Assembly (NCBI RefSeq): GCF_009834535.1
Contig: NC_045696.1
Location: forward strand, 3,040,001 to 3,104,000
Reading direction: 5' to 3'
Length of the DNA stretch: 64,000 nt
DNA from: Camelus ferus
Lineage: Eukaryota
Made by a program: the position numbers and the translations under genes. Below the pieces are notes generated by a model. The model worked only from the letters and a program-made list of their open reading frames with translations, was not told the origin of the DNA and ran no database searches. Below, in pieces: positions 13,121 to 26,493 of this stretch. Within the stretch, counting starts at the first letter, position 1. Every line of letters starts with the position of its first letter.

Positions 13121-14656
13121 GACAGATGCTTTAAAACACTGAGTGGTCTGACCAGTGGACCATGAAACACAGCCAGATAAAGAGTAAAAATAAGGTGAAA
13201 AGCTTCTGCTCAGCCAGGAAGACTGCCTCTGACTCACAGCGACTGCAGGTCCAGCACAGAACCCACCTGGTCACGCCCCTGAGTCACCACCTGGCCTGTC
13301 CTCGTTCTGTACAGAGCTTCAGAGACCCACCCATGGGGCTGGTTTAAGGCCCAAGACCCAGCCCATCTGCTCCGTAAGCAGCGAGGAGCCCCTCGGACGA
13401 GAGGGAAGGCCCTGCCTGTGTTGAGCATGGGCCTCCTGCCCACGCCCACTCATCTTTCACGCAGGGGCCTGGGTGGGTGGGCTCTCAGCCACCAAATTCC
13501 GGCCCTTTGCAGTGCCTGGAGGAGACAGAGGGAAGTGCGAGGTCGTGGCGGGTTTCCTAAAACAAACCAGGAGCGCAAGGCTGCCTCCTCCTCAGAGCCA
13601 ACAAAGACCCACTGGGCGGACGGGACAGAGAAAGCTGTGTGCCTGGAGCCCCCGCGGATCTGCTGGGATCGGGGAACCCCACCCTGAGGTTTTACGCCTT
13701 CAGAGAGCACAAGGGCACCATTTGATGAAAACACACACAGGGGAGGACGCACTGGTGACTGCTCTGCCCACACCTCACCCTGATGCTGGCCCCGAGGACA
13801 CTTGTGGGGCCGCACTGGCACCCCAGGTGGAATAGCCTTGAGCAGCAAGCCACCCGCTCAGCGCTCCTTAAGTGTTTGCTGAGCCACAGCCAATCAGAAA
13901 GACCCTCAGAGGAGCCAAGGTGACAAGAAAGACATGTGACTACAAGGATGACAAATTCCGACCACCCCCACAAATAATCACCTTGTGGGTTTTTATAACC
14001 CACGCGGCCTGGAAGCAGGTCCAGCGTGCAGCCACGTGGCCCTGGAGCCACCTTCTCTCCTGAGCACATCCTCTTCCTCGCCCACCCCTTCTTTGTGTAT
14101 TTCCTGAGACGTCGCTGGGAACCAGGCTGGGCAGGTAAGAGAGTGGGCAGGACCGTCAGAAAGGCAGCAGTGATCTGGGGCCTGGGCGGTGCTCAGCTCT
14201 GGGCCCCAGTGGATCTGAGCTGGGTCACTTGGGGGAGGGGACAGCAGGGCATCTTGCCAAACTGTGGGATGTCCTGCCTGCTGACCCCGGAGCCGCCTCC
14301 AGCACTGTGAGCTCAGTCCTGTTATGGAAGGGCGGGGCTCCCTACCCTGGTTAGTGGGAGGGGCCCGCTGAAAGGGGACACCCATTGACGGCCGCCAATA
14401 CCTGCCCAGTCATGTCCATCAAGGTCAGACCTACTGGGGCTTCTAAACACGTAACTGTCTCTTTGGTGACGTGCTAGTGAACAGACTTCTGTGGAGGGAA
14501 GAGAAAGGAAAGAGGGCAGCTATGTTCAGAAGACAGGTCCAGCCGCTTTACCGGCCAGTAACCGCACCAGAGCACAGGGCCCGGGGTCTTGCCTCGGGGG
14601 GAAGGTGGGTCTTCAGTGACAGAGAGGAATTACGGCCATGGGCACTGATTAAGACC

Positions 14657-15031
14657 TGCTAGGGCCCCGTATTTGTGTTCACCCCCAAATCCGTATGTTG
14701 AACCCCCATCTCTAGTGTGGTGGCATTAGGAGGCGGGGCCCTTGGGAGGTAATTAGGCCACGAGGGTGGGGCCCCCATGGAGGGATCGGTGCCCTTCTGA
14801 GAAGAGGCAGCAGAAGGCCTGCTTCTCTCTCTGCTCCGCCGGGTGAGGACCCGAGGAGGAGGCGGCTGTGTGCAGGCCGGGGAGCAGGCTCTCACCAGAC
14901 GTCAGGTTTTCCGGTACCTTGATCTGGGGCTTCCCAGCCTCCAGAAATAAATGTTTGAAATGTGAGAAATAATTATTTACTGTTTAACCACCGAGTCTGC
15001 CGTGTTTGTTACAGCAGTCCAAGCTAAGGCA
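14657..15031 (+). mobile_element. MLT1A-like (ERVL-MaLR) solo LTR
   Basis: TG...CA ends, with ccccaaatccgtatgttgaa, cagcctccagaa..aaataa and ttgttacagcag motifs. Confidence 0.8.
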
Positions 15032-16133
15032 CCTGATTTTTACATAAACTCAGAAGTGAGTAGAAATTTTAAAGCATTTCAGTTGAATTTAACTAAAATC
15101 CAAGAACCAAGACACATCAGACATCATCTTCCCGCATCCATTATTTCAACCACCAAAAATAAATTCCTTGGGCAATAAAGAAAAAAAAAAGCCTGTTTAG
15201 TACACTTATCCTTTAAGCTACCTGATTTAAAGAGAAAAGAAAAGATCATATACTTTCAATGATTAAAACCAAATCTAAAACGCCCCTGTGGCTCAGCATG
15301 GTCAGCTAGGCAGAGAGATGGGAGAAGCCTCCTGGAAGAGCCTTCTCGGAAGTACAGTCCTGCCCTGGTACCCGAGACCTGTGGGGCACTGTTCCCAGGA
15401 CCCTCGCAGAGACCAAAATCCACAGATGCTGACGTCCTTTACACACACTGGCGTAGTGCAGCCGGCCCCGTGCTGGTGGGTTTTGCATCTGCGGGAACGG
15501 AGAGCGGACCGTGTCCCAAGAGGGGGCAGGTGAGGCCCAGCGCAGGGGAGGAGCCCTACCTGCCTCCCGGCCTCCCCATCCAAGGGGGCCAGGCAGAGGG
15601 CTCAGCACCTCTGTGCCTCAGTTTCCCCTTCTGTACCCTGGAAGGCGCTGAAGGGGTGGAGGGCTGCAACACAGCTAGCTTTTACGTTCTCTCTGGGTCC
15701 CTCCTCATGTTCCCAGCCCGCCCCACGCTCCCTCTACCTGAACCCCCTTGGCCCAGGTACGTGCGGACTCACTCCTCCTCCTTCACAGCTCCCTGCGAGG
15801 CCGGCCTGAAACAGCGCCTGCTCACCCCTCTCGGCGGGCTCTGTCTGCACCTGATGCCCAGCCCAATGCCCGGCCCCCGAGGACGTGAGCTCCACGGGCC
15901 CCGGGGGACATTGTGACTGAGGCTCATGGTGTGTCAGTGGTTGTTGGATGAATGAATGGCTTGCCAATTTGATTAAAAAAACTTAAAGCAAGCCCAGCTC
16001 TACTATCCAAAGAAAAGTACCCAAGGCAGACTCCAATGTCACCGAGGAAGCACAGGCCCTGCCCAGGGCGTCTGTGACAGGTGCCACCGAGGCAGGGCCC
16101 CACTCCTGCCCAGGGGCAGCGGGTGCCACTCAC

Positions 16134-16214
16134 CAGGGGCTTGCTCCTCTCGTCGGTCAGGACTTGCTTCTGTAGCCGAAACCTGTGTGCGCCGTTCTCA
16201 TAGGCTTTCGGATA
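16134..16214 (-). CDS. SLC37A1: SLC37A1 exon 10, 81 nt (YPKAYENGAHRFRLQKQVLTDERSKPL; central loop)
   Basis: ttttttctcccag|TAT ... CTG|gtgagt. Confidence 0.92.
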
Positions 16215-16959
16215 CTGGGAGAAAAAAATTTAATTAGAGCCACTGCCAAATCAACAGAGTGAAATTACACCTCGTTCACTGCAGCGATGGCACTGTCTTC
16301 ACAAAAACTGATTGATTTCTTGAGTTTGTGTAAGCACATTTGACTGTCCTTTATCATTGGATTACCCCGTTCTGTCCATTCTCATTTTATAGTTGGCTTT
16401 ATTCCTTTGATAACTATGTAAGTTTAAAAAGCTAAAGCTCTAATCTGTTCTTAGAAACAATAATCAGTACCTATATGTAAACTAAAAACAACGTGCAGTG
16501 TGCTGTGTACGGGTACTTACACGCCACGTACTGTGTGTGCAGTCGGACTGTAATATTTCTACCTAATAAAACTGCAAAGGGAAAAAAATGCTACCGATGA
16601 AAATAAGACAAATGATTAAAACAAAACAAGGGCTAATCCGTGCAACCTGAAGGCTTCAGACCCTCAGACAACAGGATGAAAATAAAATCCTTTCCCGAAG
16701 AACAATCCGCGGCCAACACATAAAGAAACATAACGTGCTCCTCCCCCGCGCTGGGCCAACTAACTCTCCTCAACGGCTCTGATGTTTCAAAGCGACCTCG
16801 AAAGGAAAAGGCCTTTAGAAATAACACAGGCCAACCTCTTCCTCTAACAAGAAATTTCCTACATCAGCAGGTTGCTCCAGAAGGAAGAAGACGCCCTCCA
16901 CACAGGAGAGCACGGCTTCCAGGCAGCGCGCAGCGTGACCGCCGGGGCTTTGGGGGGGT

Positions 16960-19095
16960 GTGGACGGCGGACATATGTTCTAATTTCTCCTGGATGCACC
17001 CAGGAGGGAGTGGAATCGCTGGGTCATATGGTGACTCTATGCTTATCCTTTTGAGAAGCCACCAGACCGTTTTCCAAAGCGGCTGCACCATTTCACACCC
17101 TCACCAGCAGTGACTGAGCGTTCCAACTTGCTACTACCCGTCCTTTAGATCACAGCCATCCTAGTGGGGGTGAGGTGGCATCTCGCTGTGGCTTTGGTGA
17201 CTGACCCCTGATGGCTAACGATATTGAGCAGGTTTTCATGTGCTTACTGGCCGCCTGAATGTCTTCTTTGGAGAAATGTCTCTTCAGATCTTTCCTCTTT
17301 TTTAAACCTTTTAAAAAGTTATTTTAAATCACTGAATTCTAAGTGTTCTTTATATATTCTAGATACAAGTCTTTTAGCAGAAATACGATTTGCACATACT
17401 TTCTCCCGTTCTTGATGGTATCCTTTGAAGCATAAAAGTTTAAAATTCAGTGAAGTCCAATTTATCTATTTTCCCTTCCATCCCTTGCGCTTTTTGATGT
17501 CATATCTGGGAGACTTTGCCCAATCTGAGGTCATGAAGATTTCCTCCTGTATTTTCTTCTAAGAGTTTTACAGGTTTAGCTCTCACATTCAGGTCTTCGA
17601 TCCATCTTAACTTTGTGCATGGTCTGAGGAAGGGTTCCAGATCCTCTCTTTGCATGTGGATATACAGTTGTCTCAGCACCGCGTGTTAAAGAGATGACCC
17701 TTTCTCCACTGAATGGCCTTGGCGCCCTTGTCAAAGTCAACTGACTGTGAGTGTGAGTGTGAGTGTGAGTGTGAGTGTGAGGGTTTATTTGGACTCTCAG
17801 TTCTATTCCACCAACCTGCATGTCCGCCCTCATGACAGTAACACGGAGCCTCAGTTACGGCAGCTTTGTAGTGAGTTTTGAAATTGGAAAGTGTGAGTCC
17901 AGCTTTTTTCTTTTTCAGGATTCTTTTGGCTACTCTGAATTCCTTGAATTTTTTCATATGAGATCAAGGATTAGCTTGTCAATTTCTACCAAGAAGCCAG
18001 CTGGGGTCTTGACAGAGATTACACTGAATTTGTACATCAATTTTGGGGATACTGCCTTCTTGACAATGTAAGTCTTCCTGTCAGTGAACATGGGGTGTCT
18101 TTTCATTTAGTTAGGTCTTCTCTAATTTCTTTCAACAATGTTTCGTAGTTTTCAATGTGTAAGTCTCGTATCTCCTTGGTTAAGTTTATTCCTGAGTATT
18201 TCACTCCTTCTGCTGTAACTGGGACTGCTTTCTTCCTTTTGTTTTCAGATTGCTCATCACTAAAGTATAGAGATACCATTGATTTTTATGCACTGACCTT
18301 GCACCCTGCAGCCTTGCTGACTTTTCAATTAGCTGTAATAGGTTTTTGGTGGGTTCCTTGGGATTCTCTAGATACAAAATTACGTCATCTGCAAATAGCG
18401 GTACTTTCACTTCTCGTCCGATCTGCATGCCTTGTATTTCATTTTCTTGCCTAAATGCTCTGGCTAGACTCTCCCATACGATGTGGCAAGAGCAGGCGTC
18501 CTTGTCTTGTTCCTGACCTTACAGGGAAGGCATCCAGTCCTGGACTGTTAGTTATGTTAGCTGCGGATTGTCCCAGACACAGTTCCCTTCTGTTCCTAGT
18601 TTGTAGAGTGTTTTACCATGAAGGGCTGTTAGATTTTGTCAAATGCTTTTTCTGCTTCTACTGAAAGGACCCTGTGGTTTTGTCCTTTATTCTATTCCTG
18701 TGGAATACCACATTGATTGGTTTTCAGATGTTAAACCAGCTGTGCATTCCTGGGATAAATCCCATTTGACCATGGTGCTAACCCTTTCTGTATATTGCTG
18801 GATTAGCGTTTTGTTGAGTTATACGCACATTCCTAAGAGAGCTTGGTCTGTAGCTTCCCTGTGACGTCACTGTCTTCTGTGTATCAAGATAACACTTCGT
18901 TGGATGAGCAGGGAGTGTTCTCCTGGAAATCTGGGAGGAGTCTGTGAAGAGTTGGCAGAATTCACCAGTGAAGCCATCTGGTCCTGTGATTTTCTTTGTA
19001 TTAAATTTTTAATTAATAATTCAGTTTCTTTCCTTGTTACAGGTCTATTCAGATGTTCTCTCGAGTCGGTTGTGGTAGTTTGTATCTTTCTACCT
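16960..19095 (-). mobile_element. Decayed LINE-1 ORF2 fragment (RT to C-terminus), same sense as SLC37A1
   Basis: Frameshifted ORF2-like peptides: HLNRPVTRKETELLIKNL, VKVPLFADDVILYLENPK (RT FADD motif), LTLSNFKTHYKA..WNRTESP and VQPLWKTVW..PYDPAIPL. Confidence 0.93.
17746..17781. repeat. (TGTGAG)n hexamer microsatellite inside the L1
   Basis: About 6 perfect units, read directly. Confidence 0.9.
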
Positions 19096-21472
19096 GATGT
19101 GTCAGCACACTGCTCCTGCCGCTCCCAGCTCTGCTCCAAGGAAGGCAGCACCTGTCAATGCGTCACAGACGCTCTCCAGGCCACCCGGAAGCTCCGTGAA
19201 TGTAAAGGGCAGGCCCAGAAGGGCAGCAGCAGCCTGGCCCGCAGCGCCAGGGCTCTGGGGCCCCTCAAGTGGGCCCCATGACCAGGGTCTCTGCAGGGCC
19301 CCATGGGAAGTGAGCAGAGTCCCTGTGGGAGGGAGGACTTCGGGGCTCTGGTGGAAGCTGACGAAACGTCCCTAGAAATCAGCCCAATCTCTCTGTACCT
19401 CTGACCGGCCCCTGGGAGGAAGAGAAGCCACAACTGCCCGGCCACCCTGCCCCACAGCGTCCTGGGGACACGGGCACCCCAGGAGCCCAGTGAGTTGACA
19501 GGGAGGATGTGAATGGGGGAAAAGGACACAGCTTCGGCTCAGCTCACAGCCACAAGGGCAGAAACGGCGCCTCGGGCTCAAGCCTGCCCTCCTGTCCCTG
19601 TGAAGCAGCACGTGAGGGCGATCTGCCCCTCCCCCAAAGTCCCCTCGCACTCGGTGCCCGTGTCCCGCCCCGGGGGACGTGCTGGGGTGGAGGTGAGTGC
19701 CAAAGTCCTCCCCTCTGCCAGAGGTGGCGGTCCATGCAGCTTGGGTCTAGCCCACAGCACCAATCTGAGCTGACCCGTCCCAGCTTGGAGACTGAAAATC
19801 ATGCTCGTGGCAGGAAAATGGCCTTAAAAAAAAAAAATGTATCAAAGTTTTAAAAAACCAGAGGTGTTTAACCTTCCTGAGGCAGTCATTTACAAAATTG
19901 ATTTTGTTTCCCTAATTTGGTTTAATGTGGTACCAGAACCCTTCTTTTTAAATTAATTGTTCTCAAGGCGCACTGTATTAACAAGCGGATCCCAGCACAG
20001 CCCCGGCTCCCTGTCTGCGCACGGCAGGCGCACTCCACCGCGGTCCAGGTGGGGCCCTGCCTGGGTGCTCTGACCCTCCCGCGGGAGACAGACAGTGAGG
20101 GCTGAACTGGGCTTCACTGAGTAAAAAGGAGATGGCTGGAGGGCTGTAAGCACGCAGTGACATGGTCTGACTTCTGTGTCAAGAAAATGTCCCCAGGCGA
20201 TTTGGCTCTGGCCTGTCCAGGGGGTGGGGAACGGCTCCCTGAGTGAGACAGGCAGTGCAGGGGCCTAGCAAGTTCACGGGGTAAAATAACGAGAACAGTC
20301 TAGTTGTGTTAAGTCTGAGAAGACACCCGGACGCCTCTACGGGGACGTCAGGTGGCAGTGTGACCACGACCACGGGAGCTCAGCGGGGAGGACCATGCTG
20401 GGGAGATGCTGAAAGCCACGGCCTGCGTGAGAGCTGCCCCAGCGAGAGGATGAACGAGGAGAGACGAGGCCGAGGAGCAGGCCTTGCCCCCCACGTGGGG
20501 GTACGGCAGGGCAGGCCCAGCAGAGCACTACAAGAGAACCAGGAGGGCGCAGTGCCCGGAAGCCCCAGGGAGAGGGCCTCTCACGGAGGGAGGAAACCAT
20601 CGTGTCAAAGGCTGGTCACAGGCCAAGGGGGTGAGGCGGGAGCACTGATCGCGCGCAGCCAGACGATGCTGCTGGGGACCCTGTGGGCTGTGTCCAGAGT
20701 GGGGGAGGCCCGAGGAGGGGAGGGGTGCCGTGCAGGTGGTCAGGGAGGGTGATCCATGGGGTCCACCCAAAGGTAAGCAGGGAACTGGGTGTGAGGGCCA
20801 CAGAGGCCTTGTCCACGGTGGGCGGCACCACCTGCTGTGAGCGGCAGAGGGAAGGGGGCAAGCTGAGGGCTCAGGAGAGGGGACTGGGAGCCAGGGGGGA
20901 GGCTGGCCTGGGGGGCAGGGCATTCACGGAGTTGCTGTGACTTGGGGAAGGGAGAGACCCCTCCAGACGTGGCGGGGGAAGCACTCTTTCGTGCCTGCCA
21001 AGACCGCAGGGTCACTTACCAGCAGAGTGAGCGGAGAGGTTAGGAAGTGGGGCAGTGGGTGATGACACTGACCAGGGAAACCCGGTCCTGGTGCTGGGTG
21101 GTCCAAACGGCCCCCCTGCCAGATATGGACCAGTTTCAAGTGACACCGGCTGGCTTAGCTCTGTGTCTTTCTGCAGTCACAGCACGCTGCCCGCCCAGGG
21201 AAGCCAGGCCACCCCCACCCCTTGAGGGCCCGGCCAGCCCCTGGCCCGGGTCACCCTCTGAGGGCCTGCATTGGGCCTTTCGTCTGGTTTTCGTTGCTAT
21301 CATTATGATGACCCTTTTTCTAAAACTTCCAATATTCTGAGGGTGGGACCCATGTCCACACTTCATTATCCACCGACAGGACAGACAGACAGGACCAGGC
21401 TGGTGACAGTCATCAGACACCTGGCAGATGGCTCAGCGTCCAGAAGACACAAGAAGCAGAGAGCAGCCTTAC

Positions 21473-21510
21473 CTTCACCAGGGTGGAGGAGCAGGCGATG
21501 TCCTTCGGAT
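21473..21510 (-). CDS. SLC37A1: SLC37A1 exon 9, 38 nt (HPKDIACSSTLVK)
   Basis: tttcag|AT ... AAG|gtaagg. Restores phase 1 to 0 between exons 8 and 10. Confidence 0.9.
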
Positions 21511-24500
21511 CTGAAACACCAAACACGACCAGCGTGAATCCAGGGCTGGGTGTTTACCCCAGCGTAAGCCAAGAGGAAACCCAAAGAGGGACCTGCTGAT
21601 ACTTTTACTAAATTAGTCACAATTTAAGAAAAAAGACTGCGCGAGGCAGCGTCGCGGGTGGGGAGAAGGCTCCGCGCGGCCTGTCCCAGCAAGAACGGGC
21701 CTCGCTTCTGGTTTTGCTGGGACGCAGCCCTCCCTTCCCCCGGCCCGTGACCACATCAGCCCCCGCCCAGAAGCTGGACGAGCTGGCATGAGTGCGAAGC
21801 CTGCTTTGCAGAAGGAGAAACAGCTTCTGTGTGAAGACGCTCACCCTTATGTTTAAAGGGTGAGGATCAGAGCAAGCAGAAGACATGGCCACGATTAGAG
21901 TGGGGCTCCCAGTAGCACTTGTGATGAGTCATGGAATGTCATGGAATCAATCAGAAATAAAGGTTAGTGGGCACAACGTCTACCCTGACACAGAGCAAAA
22001 TGCCTTTTACCTAAATGCACGGAGGGAAGGACACGTGGAAACCAGCAAAACCAGAAGCGAGGCCCTTTTCATCTTCTCCTTTAAAATCAGCGTGCGACCT
22101 GGGGTGGGCAGCAATGCCCCTTTCACAGAACGAGACGGCCGCCGCCCCCGGCTCTGCTCCCCCCTCACCCACCCAGATCCCTGCTCTTTCTGTAGCTTTT
22201 GGTGAGACAGCTGAACTGCCTTAAAACACAAACTGAGCCACAGGGCTCTAAACTTCCCACAGCAGGTCCCTCCGACGGGCACGGGGGTGACACCGTGGAG
22301 GGCCCCTGACCACGTGGGCCCTGCGCTGGCGGCTGCTCTTCGCCTGCCCCTGCGGAGGCTCTGCCTGCGCCCGGTGGTCTCGCCGGCCGCTGGGGACGTG
22401 TAGTGGTGCCAGCAGCCCACACACGGACCTCTCCAGCCGTGCCGTGGGGCCCTAGGGGCAGGCAGGACGTCATGGCCACTCCTCGTGGGGCGGCCCGTCC
22501 CCACGACGGGCCTTCCCTGGGCTTTCCCCCTGCAGGACACCAGCACGTGGGCCCCTTGCCTGTGCTCACAGGCAGGCCCGGAGGGGCTGGCAGACGGGTC
22601 CCTGTCCTTGGGCGTGGCTGTGGCAGGAGGGAGGAGCAGGAGAGCTGTCCCCTAGCTGCTGGTCACAAGACAGGGCGCATCTGGAGTCTTCGCTGCCCAA
22701 CCCTGCTGTCAGGGGTGAGGGACGAGGGGGGGCAGAAATAAACCCCCAAGACACACAGGGAGCTGGTCTCTCTGCAGAGCCTCCTGCTCTGGGACACAGA
22801 ATTTGCTGTCATTACTTACGGCTGGCTTTCACTGGCTTTCGTCATTCTTACCCGTCACAAGGCGGGGGAACACGGTGCCAACACCCTCGGCAGGAGGGCC
22901 TGATGCCTTCCTCCCGGGCTGCCATCCATGGAGGGCAGCAGGGGACTCGGGCTGACCGGCGACACTGGGCTGGGAAGGGAGGCCTCACTTACAAGGGCCC
23001 GTCCAGGACTGAGCGAGGAGGAGGAAAGGGGTTCGGAGCCTGTGAACCGGCTTCTCTCTGCTGCAGACATGCTCATGGACACGGCCCCGGCTGCGGGGTC
23101 CAGCGTGAGGGGAGTGGGAGCCGCAGACAGGCCTCCCCCCGCCAGGCCGGCTGCAGGGCTGCCCCCAGAGGGAGGTGCCGGGGCACGGCCGGCCGTGAGC
23201 ACCCGGAGTCCTGTCACAGCCGGGAAAGCAGAGCAGGCCTCCAGGCCACGGGCTCAGGAGGAGCCACTCAGTGGGAAAGCAGAGAAATGCCAAGTCCAGA
23301 AGGTGCCCCCAGGCCGTGGGGCCGGGCCCGGAGACCTCGGCAGAGGCAAGGCGAGGGGACAGGGAGCAGCTAAGGGTGCTTTGAGCAGCACAGCCAGTCT
23401 CTGGGGGAGATGAGCCACTAAAGGGACGGCTGAGCGAGGCAGAGCGTGAGCATGGGCGGAGCAGGGGGCTGAGAGCCTGAGAGTTCGGGGGTGGGGTGCA
23501 GAGAGAGGAAATCTTGGGGGCACCGTGAGGAATGGTAACAGGGAGCTTGAACACGTTTACTAGTCACAGCTAAAGGCTAAGACTGCGGGTGAGAAAACCC
23601 TGCCCCATCAGAGGAAAGTGCGGAGCAGAGAGGGGTTGCGCACAGCCTCTGAGGCCCGGGCTTCAGTCCCACAGGACCCTCTCCCCGGCCTGCGGGGCCC
23701 TGAGACCCTGTCCTCAGCACCAGCTGAGGAGGCACAAGTGCTCACACGGCCCCCAGGCCAGCATCAGCATCGCTGACAGGCGGGCCTACTGGCCTCGTGG
23801 TAGCAGAGCAGGCAACAGAGGAAGGTCCCCACCAGGTGACGGTGTGGTGGGAGAGCCGCTCCAGGAAGGCCCTCCGGGTCCCTGGGCACTGCCCCAGCCC
23901 CGCAGAGCTACGGGAGGGAAGGATGCTCTCTTGTTACAAAGACCAAACCAGAGCTTCCTTGTTCTTGGAAATCCTGCCCCTCCCAGAACATCTAAACAGA
24001 AGGCCACTGGCACTTAGAGCCCACCAGGCCAGCAAAGAAGCCCTGCCTCCCGCACACCCTGTTCCTCTCACCTTGCCTCCTCCCCCAGAACCACCTCCTT
24101 ATCAGCTGAGGAAGAGAAAAAAAGTCACCGTGGACTCTGGACCTCCGGCTGAGCTCACCCGGCACACCCCCGCCACCGGGTGCTGGGAGCCTGCCCGGAA
24201 GAGCACAGGTGACGTGGACAGCCTTTCTTGCCCATAACTCCAGTGACACTCAAGCTACAGTTAAATGCCACATGTTGGAATGTTCGCAAGGAAGTCAGCT
24301 GCCCCCCAAGTCTGCTAAACAATTCACTTGTTTTGGCCATGTTGAGATGTTGCTAAAATCTCACTTGGCCCCTGGAGGAGACGGTGAAAACAGGAGAGCA
24401 GCCCCGCCAGCCTGCTCCCCAACCCTGGCCCGGGGCGTGTCTGAATTCCTTGTCTAACCTGGCTTCCATCCTCCCTGACCGGACAACGCTGGCCTGAGAG

Positions 24501-25363
24501 CCTCATGAGTGCTCAGCTAAATGGTGGGTATTTTAAAAATGAAAAGGTTAGCTTTAGCAACAAGAAAACAGAAGCGAGAAACTGAGTAGCATAGGACTTC
24601 ACCTCTCGGAGGATGAAGCTGGCAGCTCCAAACGCAGAGCTGACGCTCCACCCAACAAGGCTGGTGGAACTCCCGAGCGACCCTACCTGGGCGTTAACAG
24701 CGGCGAGCTGTCTGGTACCAAACGACTTTTACTTTGCTTTAAGCCAAATCAAAGCCAATGCCAGATACGACTCTTCAGGGTAGCTCATGGGGTTGGGACA
24801 CCCTGACGAGGCAGCAAAGGGAGCACTGCTCCTCTTCGCTGGCATGACTGTTGGGAGGCCTCGTCCTGCCTGTCTCTATTTCAAAAATTAATTTCAAATT
24901 CAATTACAACAGAAGTCTGGTATTGAGTCTAGAACAGAACAAAGGACTTGGCTTCCTGGCAAGAGCACTCTTCACCTAATTAAGATATATGATCTTAAGT
25001 CGTGGGTTTTAAACATTGACAAGGGTGTATCTTATCAGAAAGCAAACAAGCTTGTGGCGGCAGGAGTGAGTGGGGGCGGCCACGCGGGCTGGGCGGTGAG
25101 CAACGTGGCAGGCCTGGGACGACTGTGCACGCCTGGTGCTGCTGGGCCGGAGGGCTGGGCCGGAGGCTACTCCAGGCATCAGGAAATAGCAGAAAGTTCA
25201 GCAAGACCAGGAAACCTGCTTCTGAGGAAGGAAGCCTGCCTGGGAGCCGAGGGCAGGCCGGGACAAGCACACGCCTGCACAGGACTAAGGCGGCAGCAGC
25301 CTGTTCTCCAGACACCGTGCCCCCAAGCCCCCCGGGGTCAGCTCCAAGGCTGGCGGTACTTAC

Positions 25364-25530
25364 GTTCGATGAGAAAGAGAAAGCACACTATCCCCATGGC
25401 CGCCACGATGGCCCCGGGCACGATGAAGGACAGGCCCCAGCACGTGGACACCCAGAAGCCAGCAATCAGGGACCCCAGAATGTTGCCCACGGATGTGTGG
25501 GAATTCCAGACCCCCATGATCAAACCTCGC
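25364..25530 (-). CDS. SLC37A1: SLC37A1 exon 8, 167 nt (RGLIMGVWNSHTSVGNILGSLIAGFWVSTCWGLSFIVPGAIVAAMGIVCFLFLIE)
   Basis: ttgcag|GC ... GAAC|gtaagt. Contains the GlpT/OPA family signature. Confidence 0.97.
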
Positions 25531-26416
25531 CTGCAACACAGCAAAACACAGGGTGGCAAACCATGTCTCGAGGCTTAAATGGGTCAGGACACGTAGGACA
25601 CAAGAGTGCCCGCCTGCACGTGTGAGGGCTGGTGTGGAAATAAACACGCTGCCTCTGCAAGACATGGGACCAGGGGTGCTTGCAAGGTGACTGTATCTTC
25701 ACTTTACCTCAGGCTGTAAGATGACGTATCTCCCTGAGCTTATGCCTTCTATGATTATGAGAGGAAAGAGGCCTTTTCCTGAAATTCTTGGAAGGCCCCA
25801 AATTTAAATTTGTGCCTTGGCAACCTAAATATAATCATTTGATGAAATATCCTGTTAATAAAAGTTCATGCTGGCAAACCCACCGGATGGATGAATGGAG
25901 AGCTAAACAAGACTGGGTGGGCTGGTGTCCCCACCTTGCTTAGCGTCTCTACCACTTCTTAACCGTGGGCCTGGCCGTGCTGTGCGTCACAGACGTTACA
26001 AGGGATGGGACCGCATTCAGGTCACCAGAGGCTGGGTGCAGCTCTGCTGCTGGGCCCTGGGTGACCTAGTCAGGGCGTGTCACACTTCCCTGTGCCTCAC
26101 AGTCTCGGGAAAATGTAGTCTCTGCTTGGAAAGGCCTGGGGCGAGGCCCTGACTGCATTTCTCCCAGGTTCCCCAGAGGCCAGGTGGGGTTGACCCAGAC
26201 ACCACCCCGCCCACAAGGGTACCATCTCCTGGGACAAAGGTCCATCTGAATCTCAGAACCTCAAGTCCCAGAGGTTTCAATCACCTGATTTCATAGAGTA
26301 GACTGAAGTGTTTTTTTTCTGTAATAAATCTAAAGGAAAACTAAAGCCAGAGTGGTCTGGTTTCCATCAGGATCTTCTGACAATAAATGCTGCCCGACAC
26401 AGGCTGCCTTCCTCAC

Positions 26417-26493
26417 CTTCCTTTTCCAAACCAGTTGCCGAGGCAGGTGACGACGCTGGGCCAGCCGGTGGTCTGCACCAGTCCATTGACGAC
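26417..26493 (-). CDS. SLC37A1: SLC37A1 exon 7, 77 nt (VVNGLVQTTGWPSVVTCLGNWFGKG-R)
   Basis: ccacag|GTC ... AG|gtgagg. Inside ORF 26413..26646(-). Confidence 0.96.

Noticed and set aside
22855..23554. Stack of 120-189 aa ORFs in several frames
   Set aside because: GC-rich intron 8 sequence that is open in many frames at once, with no homology or splice logic.
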